Origin: a virus
Lineage: Duplodnaviria; Heunggongvirae; Uroviricota; Caudoviricetes
Virus record (IMG/VR): IMGVR_UViG_2737471851_000002
Length of the DNA stretch: 7,556 bases
Strand: one strand, 5' to 3'
The notes under the pieces are model-generated. The model made no database searches. It worked only from the letters and a program-made list of their open reading frames with translations, and was not told the DNA's origin. Shown one piece after another: positions 1 to 6,253 of this stretch. The stretch's first letter is position 1; every line of letters starts with the position of its first letter. The position numbers were made by a program, and so were the translations under genes.

Positions 1-29
1 CCTGCATCAAATGTCAGCGCATCCAGCAT
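1..29 (-). CDS. D: Tail protein D, N-terminal fragment only (ATG at 29..27, reads MLDALTFDA...; gene continues past the window start)
   Basis: ATG overlaps the U stop as TAATG (31..27) on the minus strand. Its position directly after U matches the P2 order FI-FII-E-T-U-D. Only about 9 codons are visible, so identity rests mainly on synteny. Confidence 0.5.
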
Positions 30-508
30 TATCCCGCCCCCGTCATACCCGTGAATTTAGTCGCCATACTGCCAGCCTTACCGATGAGCGACTCCGCCTG
101 TTTACCGATATCGCCATAAAGCGCGGCCAGTGATTCATCAACGCGGGTGAGCGACAGCGTAAAATCAATTTTTCGGGGTGTGCCATCTGCAAAGAAAATA
201 CTCCCTGTTTCACTCACCCTGCTGATGACATACATGCCGTAAATCATGCCGGTGCCATCCAGCAACGGCCACGCCCGGCCTTCCTCTGCCATCAGCCTGA
301 GCGTGGTCATCGTCAGCTTCCCGCCGGTCAGTTCGGGATAAAGCACGCCGGCAAGTGTGATGTTTTCCTCGCCAACACCGAGAAACTGAAAGGCATCCCG
401 TTTACCGATACGGGAATTTGACGGCCAGCGATAATCTGATTCACGCTGCATGGTCTGGTGTGGCAGCGTCTGGCGCATAAAAACAAACATACCTAACGCG
501 AGCATCAT
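29..508 (-). CDS. U: Tail protein U (P2 gpU-like, 159 aa)
   Basis: 159-aa ORF directly downstream of the tape measure gene. Length and position match P2 gpU. A strong GGAGG Shine-Dalgarno sits in the 14-nt gap after the T stop (509..522, minus strand). Confidence 0.8.
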   Translation of the reverse strand: MMLALGMFVFMRQTLPHQTMQRESDYRWPSNSRIGKRDAFQFLGVGEENITLAGVLYPELTGGKLTMTTLRLMAEEGRAWPLLDGTGMIYGMYVISRVSETGSIFFADGTPRKIDFTLSLTRVDESLAALYGDIGKQAESLIGKAGSMATKFTGMTGAG

Positions 509-522
509 TTTTCGTCACCTCC

Positions 523-2970
523 TTAACCGTCATGCATCATGCTGGCACGGGCGCGCGCACGTTTATCCCGCTCGTATTTTTCGAGCGCATCCTGTAACTG
601 GCGGTCAAGCTGTGTCCCCGGCGCAGTACCACCCGTCAGGCTGATGTGATATTCGTTTTTACTCTGGTCCACATAAGAGCGGCCAGCCGGTGCCGTAACC
701 GGCTGATAAGCCTGATAGCCTGCATAAGAGCTGGTCGCCGGAATATAACCACCGCTGCCATACGTGGCGGCTTGAGTTCTGGCGGCGGTCTGGTCAAGTG
801 TGTCTGACTCTTTGTTGATAACACCGAGTTTTTCCAGTACCCAGTCAATTCCGCTGCGCAGTTTGTTGAACGCATTAAGCGGCAGCATCAGCGCGTCAGC
901 CAGTGCCTGCCCGAACATGACGCCAGTATCACGGCAACGGTTCAGGGTGTCCTGGGTGGCTTTGACCGGGGCAATCAGGTTTTTAAACCACTGCCACGCG
1001 GCCTGTAACTTTTCGCCCAGCCAGTCAAACACCGGCTTAAGTGGCGTGAACAGTTCCCCCACCGGCGCAAATGCCGCTTTCAGCCCTTCCATCACACCGC
1101 CAAAGAATGCGCTGACAGGCTCCCAGTATTTACGGATAAGCAACGCCCCGGCGACAATGGCGGCCACCACGGCCACAACCGGCCAGCTAATCGCCCCGAT
1201 GGCGGTCATAACAGCACTGCCAACCGTCGTGAAGATTGCCCCCATTGCGCCTGCTGCCGCGATGATGGCATTGATGCCGGTGATAACCGGCCAGGCTACA
1301 AGACCAATGGCACCGATGATGCCAGTAAGCGCCAGCGCGCCACCGGCAATTAGGCCAATGGTTGACGCCAGTGATTTGTTTTTCTGGATCCAGCCGTCGA
1401 GTTTTAACACATACTTTGTGGCCGTCTGCGTGAGCTTACGCAGTGCGCCTTCCTGCTGGTCAAACAGGTCAGTCCCCACCGCTTCATAAGCGGACTGAAA
1501 CTCCTTAAAGTCACCGCCGAGGTTGTCCTGCATGATTTTAACCAGCTCTTCCGTTTTACCGTCTGAGGCTTTCAGTGTGGCGGTCAGCTTATCCAGTTTT
1601 CCGCTTGCAGCCGCTGCCAGTAAAACGTTCGCTGATTTCAGGGCTTCCTCACCAAAAATGGTTTTAAGGTATTCCCCCTTCTGAGACGTTCCCAGCTTGT
1701 GTTTATCAAAGCTGGCCTGAATCTCTTTCAGAATGGTGAACAACGGACGCATATTTCCCTTTTTGTCCGAGGTTTTAACGCCAAGCTCTTTGAGTGCATC
1801 CCATGCTTTTCCAGTCGGTGCCTGTAATCGGGTGACAACGGCACTGCCACCCGTACCCGCCATTGACCCCCTGATGTTATTGTCATGCAGCACACCTGTC
1901 ATGGCCGCTGCCTGTTCAAGACTTACACCTGCCGTCCTCGCAACCGGACCGAGGTAAGTCAGTGCATCACTGAGTCCCTGAAAATCAGCCGCCGACTTAT
2001 TCATCGTTGCCGACAACACGTCGCCCACATGGCTGACATCATCATTTGACAGTTGAAAGGATGCCTTAGTCCCCAGCAACAGTTGCGCGTTTTCTTCCAT
2101 CGACCGCTGATTCGCCAGTGCCATATTCAGCGTGACCGGCGTTGCCGCCTGAATAGCCGCAGCATCTCCACCCGCTTTCGCAATGATAATCTGCGCACCG
2201 GCCGCATCATCCGCTGAGGCGGCGGTATTGTCGCCGAGCTGGCGCGCCTGTTTGCGGAGCGCGGCCATTTCGGCGGAATCTTTTGCCACACCGAGCACGG
2301 CCTGCAATTCTGAGTTTTTCTGCGCAAACTCATAACCGGGCATCAGCAGCTTAACTCCGGCCATCGTTCCCGCCGCCGCAATCCCCACACCGGCAGCGCC
2401 CACTGAGGCCATATTTCCGGCCAGTTCCTTTCCGGCCTGATAACGCTGTTTTACTGCGTTAAGTTTTGCCTGTTGCGCACTGACACGCACCAGCGCATCA
2501 CGCTGACGGTTAAGCTGTGCGGTGGTTTCACTGATACGGTTTTTCAGTCCCTGCTCATCATGTGCAAGATTGCGGGTATTAATTCCCACAGCGGCCAGTT
2601 CCCGCTGCTGGCGTTTAACGGAATCTGTCAGGCGGTTATATTTCGCCTGTAAGTCCTCCGCCGCACGCTTTGCGGATTCCAGGACTTTCGCCTGAGCACG
2701 GGTCGGACGTTCGGTGTTTTTAAACTGTGTGGCAAGGGCTTCGGCCTCCTGCCGTGCCTTTTCAAGTGCATGACCAGTCACGGCGAGCTGTGCACTGGTC
2801 TTGCGGAATCCCTCAATACGGGATGCGTGACCGTTCAGCTCGCGCAGTGATTTTTGTGTTTCCCGGATATCCCCCGACAGCGACTTGCTCGCTGTGCGGA
2901 TGGATTTAAACGGGCGGGATGCCTGGTCAACAGCCCTGAGCAATACCTGTAATTTTACATTGTTACTCAT
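523..2970 (-). CDS. T: Tail tape measure protein (P2 gpT-like, 815 aa)
   Basis: 815-aa ORF, the same length as I recall for P2 gpT. It has an Ala/Gln/Arg/Glu-rich, coiled-coil-like N-terminal region and Gly/Ala-rich hydrophobic stretches (e.g. GNMASVGAAGVGIAAAGTMAGV and IGLIAGGALALTGIIGAIGLVAWPV), both typical of tape measure proteins. It lies immediately downstream of E/E'. Confidence 0.9.
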   Translation of the reverse strand: MSNNVKLQVLLRAVDQASRPFKSIRTASKSLSGDIRETQKSLRELNGHASRIEGFRKTSAQLAVTGHALEKARQEAEALATQFKNTERPTRAQAKVLESAKRAAEDLQAKYNRLTDSVKRQQRELAAVGINTRNLAHDEQGLKNRISETTAQLNRQRDALVRVSAQQAKLNAVKQRYQAGKELAGNMASVGAAGVGIAAAGTMAGVKLLMPGYEFAQKNSELQAVLGVAKDSAEMAALRKQARQLGDNTAASADDAAGAQIIIAKAGGDAAAIQAATPVTLNMALANQRSMEENAQLLLGTKASFQLSNDDVSHVGDVLSATMNKSAADFQGLSDALTYLGPVARTAGVSLEQAAAMTGVLHDNNIRGSMAGTGGSAVVTRLQAPTGKAWDALKELGVKTSDKKGNMRPLFTILKEIQASFDKHKLGTSQKGEYLKTIFGEEALKSANVLLAAAASGKLDKLTATLKASDGKTEELVKIMQDNLGGDFKEFQSAYEAVGTDLFDQQEGALRKLTQTATKYVLKLDGWIQKNKSLASTIGLIAGGALALTGIIGAIGLVAWPVITGINAIIAAAGAMGAIFTTVGSAVMTAIGAISWPVVAVVAAIVAGALLIRKYWEPVSAFFGGVMEGLKAAFAPVGELFTPLKPVFDWLGEKLQAAWQWFKNLIAPVKATQDTLNRCRDTGVMFGQALADALMLPLNAFNKLRSGIDWVLEKLGVINKESDTLDQTAARTQAATYGSGGYIPATSSYAGYQAYQPVTAPAGRSYVDQSKNEYHISLTGGTAPGTQLDRQLQDALEKYERDKRARARASMMHDG

Positions 2971-3390
2971 TCGTGTTTCCGCTTCGCCGGAGCGCCTTTT
3001 CGCGCCATGTGATGAGTTCGGTCAGGCTCATGGGATACAGTTCTGATGGCGGCCAGTGAAATATCACTGCCACATCCGCCATCAGGTCATCGACCGACAG
3101 ATTTTTCGGGAACGTCACTGCACCGAGTTCGGCGACAAAAAACCGACCACCTTACCGGCCAGCGCCACAAGGTCAGGCAGTTCCAGCGCGGCGACTTCCT
3201 GCTCGGTCAGCATCGGTGCCGTCATGCGCGGCAGCACCTTAATCAGTGCATCGACTTCTGAGTTTGCGACCGCAGCCAGACTGACACCGCGCAGCGTCCC
3301 CGCACTGGGTTTCATCAGCGTGACCTGTTCGATAACCTGCTCACCACGCCTGACCGGATTGTCCAGGGTAATCACATTTTCTTTGTTCAT
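2963..3390 (-). CDS. E+E': Tail assembly chaperone E+E', made by a programmed -1 frameshift near the end of E; predicted about 141 aa
   Basis: Hand translation of the -1 frame from the slippery site is open for 57 codons (FFVAELGAVTFPKNLSVDDLMADVAVIFHWPPSELYPMSLTELITWREKALRRSGNTNE) and stops at TAA 2965..2963, overlapping the T start as ATGAGTAA. The predicted length is consistent with the roughly 142-aa P2 E+E' product as I recall it. Confidence 0.7.
3115..3390 (-). CDS. E: Tail assembly chaperone E (P2 gpE-like, 91 aa)
   Basis: 91-aa ORF between the tube and tape measure genes. It ends ...VVGFLSPNSVQ, with a TTTTTTG slippery heptamer just before its stop. Confidence 0.85.
   Translation of the reverse strand: MNKENVITLDNPVRRGEQVIEQVTLMKPSAGTLRGVSLAAVANSEVDALIKVLPRMTAPMLTEQEVAALELPDLVALAGKVVGFLSPNSVQ
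3136..3142 (-). other. Slippery heptamer TTTTTTG (within GGTTTTTTG) for the E to E' -1 frameshift
   Basis: Read directly on the minus strand at the G-F-L codons of E. A T6G site is the frameshift site described for the P2 tail operon. Confidence 0.7.
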
Positions 3391-3418
3391 GGTTTTCTCA
3401 CTTCTGAATCGGGGTTAA

Positions 3419-3439
3419 CCGGTCAGCCAGACTGACCGG
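3419..3439 (-). promoter_or_regulatory. Perfect 8-bp inverted repeat (CCGGTCAG, 5-nt spacer, CTGACCGG) between FII and E; predicted stable RNA hairpin
   Basis: Seen directly, 8 nt after the FII stop and 29 nt before the E start. No U-tract follows on the transcript (the next bases are UUAACCCC), so it is not a canonical intrinsic terminator. Confidence 0.4.
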
Positions 3440-3446
3440 ATGAAAA

Positions 3447-3965
3447 TTACAGGCCGATATTGCGGCGGTGTTGCTCCAGCCGGTCGACGCCATTCACCTT
3501 CTCAATCATGTTGATGGTGTCGATTTCGACCAGTTCCTTACCGTCCATCGTCAGCCGGAAATAGGTGCAGACCACGGAGATTTTCGACTCGGTGTCTTCT
3601 CCCTGTTTCCCCTCGCCGGTGTCGATTTCTTTCTGACGTCCACGCATGACCACCTCGACGGCCACAGTTTCGCCGGTATCGTCGCGCTGGTAAGAGCCTG
3701 CAAAACGAATCGGCACAGCATCCACACCGATTGCGGCGTAAAGCTCCCAGATAACCGAATCCGGGAAGCCCCCGAGCGACCACTCCATTGACAGTGCATC
3801 GTCATCAAGGCCGAGGTCTACCGGTGCGCTGCCGTTCATCCCCGCACCGCGATAGTTTTCGAGCTTACGGGTCAGTTTTGGCAGCGTGACGGACTTTGCA
3901 ACGCCCTGATAGCTGTAGCCGTTCAGAAAGACGTTCATTAACTTGAGTTTGCGCGGCATTGCCAT
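3447..3965 (-). CDS. FII: Tail tube protein (P2 gpFII-like, 172 aa)
   Basis: 172-aa ORF directly downstream of the sheath gene. A GGAG Shine-Dalgarno lies in the 12-nt gap after the FI stop. Length and position match P2 FII. Confidence 0.9.
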   Translation of the reverse strand: MAMPRKLKLMNVFLNGYSYQGVAKSVTLPKLTRKLENYRGAGMNGSAPVDLGLDDDALSMEWSLGGFPDSVIWELYAAIGVDAVPIRFAGSYQRDDTGETVAVEVVMRGRQKEIDTGEGKQGEDTESKISVVCTYFRLTMDGKELVEIDTINMIEKVNGVDRLEQHRRNIGL

Positions 3966-3977
3966 CGGTCAGGCTCC

Positions 3978-5168
3978 TTAATTGCTGTTAACCGAGGTGA
4001 CCAGATTTGCCAGGTATTTATCGGTAATACGCTGGCGCAGGGTCAGGTTTTCGAGAGGAGGCACCGGGGTATAGTCGTAGTCGATATACAGTTTTCCGGC
4101 CTTGAGGGTTTCCGCATCGTTGGATTCTTCGCTGAACCAGCAGGTCGCATCCACGATATAGCCGTTTGTTTTCAGCTCACGGAATTTGGCATTGATGCCG
4201 TCAACGATGTCGCGAATCAGCGTTGCGGTGATGGGCTTGTCCACCGCCCACATGTGCGCCTCAGCCATCGTGTCGGCCAGCACCTGCGCGGTGCGGGTGT
4301 AGTTTTCAAAGAGGAACAGCGGGTCATCGGAGCAGGTACGGTTACCCCAGAAGCGGAAACCGTCGCGGCGAATCAGCGTTGTGACGCCTGACTCGTTAAG
4401 CAGGTCAGCATCGGTGCCGGACTCCTGCAAATCCCAGAATACAGATGCGCTGATGCCGGTAACACCGTTCACCCCGACATTGGACAGCGTTTTATGCCAG
4501 CCCTGCTCCTGGTCGATTTTAGCGCGCAGACCCAGCGCACGGGCGGTGGCATACGCGGTGGCAGTGGTACTGGTGACCGTATCCCATGCGAGGAAATCCG
4601 GCCAGATGACCATCAGCTCACGCTGGCTGAAATTCTGACGGTAGGCTTTCACCTCGGAAATGGTTTTACAGCCCCATGCGCTGATATACCCGAAAGCGCG
4701 CAGCTTCTGACAGACTGATGCCAGTGCAACAGCCACCTCTTTGGTGTCCAGTCCCGGCACGCCGAGAATACGCGGTTTAACACCAGTTACCGACTCCGCC
4801 GCCAGCAGGGCTTTCAGTCCGGTGTACTGACCGTTTTCGTCGGTGGTGCCGATGATATTGGAAACGGTCTGCGCGAGTTTCGTTTCTTCGTCGTCGCCGG
4901 TGCCGTCTTCCACACGCACGACAACGGTGACCGGTTTTGACTGGTCGGCGATGGCCTGCAACGATGCCGCCAGCGTGCCTTTTTTACCGGCCTTTGCAAT
5001 TGCGCTCTGCACATTGGTAATCAGCACAGGTTTATTGAGGGGGAAGGTTTCCGCATCCGCATCGCTGGCCGTGCAAACCATGCCGACAATGGCAGTGGAT
5101 ACAGTGGAAATGACGCGGGTGCCATCGTTAATCTCCAGCACCTGCACGCCATGATGATAGTCACTCAT
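3978..5168 (-). CDS. FI: Contractile tail sheath protein (P2 gpFI-like, 396 aa)
   Basis: 396-aa ORF, the same length as I recall for P2 FI, and first gene of the FI-FII-E-T-U-D block. A GGAG Shine-Dalgarno sits 8 nt upstream of the ATG. Confidence 0.9.
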   Translation of the reverse strand: MSDYHHGVQVLEINDGTRVISTVSTAIVGMVCTASDADAETFPLNKPVLITNVQSAIAKAGKKGTLAASLQAIADQSKPVTVVVRVEDGTGDDEETKLAQTVSNIIGTTDENGQYTGLKALLAAESVTGVKPRILGVPGLDTKEVAVALASVCQKLRAFGYISAWGCKTISEVKAYRQNFSQRELMVIWPDFLAWDTVTSTTATAYATARALGLRAKIDQEQGWHKTLSNVGVNGVTGISASVFWDLQESGTDADLLNESGVTTLIRRDGFRFWGNRTCSDDPLFLFENYTRTAQVLADTMAEAHMWAVDKPITATLIRDIVDGINAKFRELKTNGYIVDATCWFSEESNDAETLKAGKLYIDYDYTPVPPLENLTLRQRITDKYLANLVTSVNSN

Positions 5169-5257
5169 CCGTTTAACTCCGTGGTTAATGGGTGCAACTA
5201 TTTTCTGTTGGGCAGTGCATGAGACGCTATTTGACCTGGCTGGTCAGTGGATGAAAC

Positions 5258-5295
5258 AACAGATAAAGAAAAGGCGGGCAATCAGCTTGCCTGCC
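5258..5295 (-). terminator. Candidate rho-independent terminator on the minus strand
   Basis: Minus-strand RNA reads GGCAGGCAA, loop GCUGAU, UUGCCCGCC (9-bp GC-rich stem with one A-C mismatch), followed directly by UUUUCUUUAUCUGUUGUUU. It lies about 130 nt after the stop of the cargo ORF and about 90 nt before the FI start. Confidence 0.45.
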
Positions 5296-5345
5296 TTGAT
5301 TTGTACTCTCTCTGTTTCCAACTGACAAATTACGTAACCAAAATT

Positions 5346-5361
5346 CTGTCAAATCTGACAG
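5346..5361. promoter_or_regulatory. Inverted repeat CTGTCA-AATC-TGACAG (TGT-N8-ACA core); possible regulator binding site
   Basis: Seen directly in the intergenic region between the cargo ORF and FI. A second imperfect dyad, TGT-N9-ACA, lies at 5313..5327. Neither has the TGT-N12-ACA spacing I recall for Ogr-dependent P2 late promoters. Confidence 0.25.
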
Positions 5362-5428
5362 CCTGTTTTGAGCGAAGAGCGGACCTGAGATTGTGGTATG
5401 CTAATTTATGGGGAGCAGGTCAATTGTA

Positions 5429-6253
5429 TTAGTTATCTTTTTGCTTTTCTTTATCCCATTTCTTTGCAGTGGTCTGATACCACTCTTCACGTGCTCGTTG
5501 TTCCTCGGCTCTGTCACTTGAATTATAGTTGTCTGTTTTAATTTTTTTGCTTCCCTGGGAAATCGGCCTCCAGTCTTCTCTAATCTTTTTCATCTGCTCA
5601 GCTATCTGTGTCATTGGACTCCTTGCACCTAAGTAGCTAACCCCCTCGAAAGAAGCCATATCATAAGAATACTCATTCCGCTCTCTTTCAGTTGAGCCCG
5701 GCTGTTTAGACCAGCTAATACTAACAGAATAAACTTGATCTTTAATCTGGTCATACTTACAAAGACTGCTGTTGAGGGAATGGCCGTTTTTCAATACGCT
5801 AACCTTGCTAAATGGTATACCTTTATTTTTTCTATGTTCTGCATTAACCAGTGGGGGATTAAATCCGACTTCAATATCATAGGCTGGGGCATTTCCGGTA
5901 TTAGCAATATTGATATCAAAATAAAAAGCAGCCCAAGAATTTGGTTCAAGAGTCACAACGACATGAGGTTGAACTGATGCGTCAACCATCCTTTTTGTCT
6001 CGTCTGCTAATAGCCTTGTTACTCTCCACAAGAAAAATGTAGCAACTGCTGTTAGCAATGCTGCCAAAGCGGAGATATCGGCACTTAAATCGCCGTTCGT
6101 CTGCGGGTCACTGCCCGGCATCGGGCAAAGGCTCACTTTCGGGCAGGCGTTGGCGACAATCACTGGCGTCAGTGCAGGCCGGACGCTGGTGCAACCGGCG
6201 CACAGCATCAGGCAGGTCAGCGCCATACCAGCGGCGAAAATCCTCGTTTTCAT
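5429..6253 (-). CDS. lysC: LysC-like o-spanin lipoprotein start (embedded in lysB) whose frame runs on into a lower-GC cargo segment; predicted 274-aa chimeric product
   Basis: ATG at 6253..6251 with a GAGG Shine-Dalgarno 9-12 nt upstream, inside lysB in another frame. The N-terminus MKTRIFAAGMALTCLMLCAGC is a lipoprotein signal with a lipobox-like LCAGC, followed by a Pro/Cys-rich segment, as in Rz1/LysC o-spanins. The frame has no stop until 5429..5431. Downstream come a hydrophobic stretch (ISALAALLTAVATFFLW, about 6026..6076) and about 190 aa of unrecognised sequence ending in a charged tail (KKWDKEKQKDN). The start assigned by the ORF track at 6370 has no ribosome binding site and is probably not used. 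Confidence 0.55.
   Translation of the reverse strand: MKTRIFAAGMALTCLMLCAGCTSVRPALTPVIVANACPKVSLCPMPGSDPQTNGDLSADISALAALLTAVATFFLWRVTRLLADETKRMVDASVQPHVVVTLEPNSWAAFYFDINIANTGNAPAYDIEVGFNPPLVNAEHRKNKGIPFSKVSVLKNGHSLNSSLCKYDQIKDQVYSVSISWSKQPGSTERERNEYSYDMASFEGVSYLGARSPMTQIAEQMKKIREDWRPISQGSKKIKTDNYNSSDRAEEQRAREEWYQTTAKKWDKEKQKDN
5430..5990. other. Lower-GC cargo segment (about 40% GC by hand count, against roughly 55-60% in the flanking phage genes)
   Basis: GC was hand-counted in 60-nt blocks and ranged from 33% to 52%. The coding frame uses codons rare in enterobacterial and phage genes (ATA, AGA, AGG). The segment lies between the lysis cassette and the sheath gene, adjacent to FI where P2 has its Z/fun locus. 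Confidence 0.6.

Noticed and set aside
800-1489. 229-aa plus-strand ORF, Ser/Ala/Pro-rich
   Set aside because: Lies entirely antisense to the tape measure gene in GC-rich DNA where long spurious ORFs are common. Low-complexity composition and no ribosome binding site.
3046-3418. Plus-strand ORFs of 71 and 120 aa across the E/E' region
   Set aside because: Antisense to E and E'. The minus strand carries the frameshift cassette and a coherent gene order.
3468-3791. 107-aa plus-strand ORF and two overlapping minus-strand ORFs (3538..3783, 3551..3808)
   Set aside because: All lie inside the tail tube gene FII in alternative frames. The FII frame has the recognisable product and the ribosome binding site.
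5247-5432. 61-aa plus-strand ORF in the intergenic region between the cargo ORF and FI
   Set aside because: Begins with GTG and has no Shine-Dalgarno. It spans the terminator-like hairpin and dyad region, which is better explained as regulatory DNA. It cannot be fully excluded as a small antisense gene.
5735-5977. 80-aa plus-strand ORF inside the lower-GC cargo
   Set aside because: Fully overlapped by the longer minus-strand cargo ORF. No ribosome binding site. Retained only as a low-probability alternative if the minus-strand frame proves non-coding.
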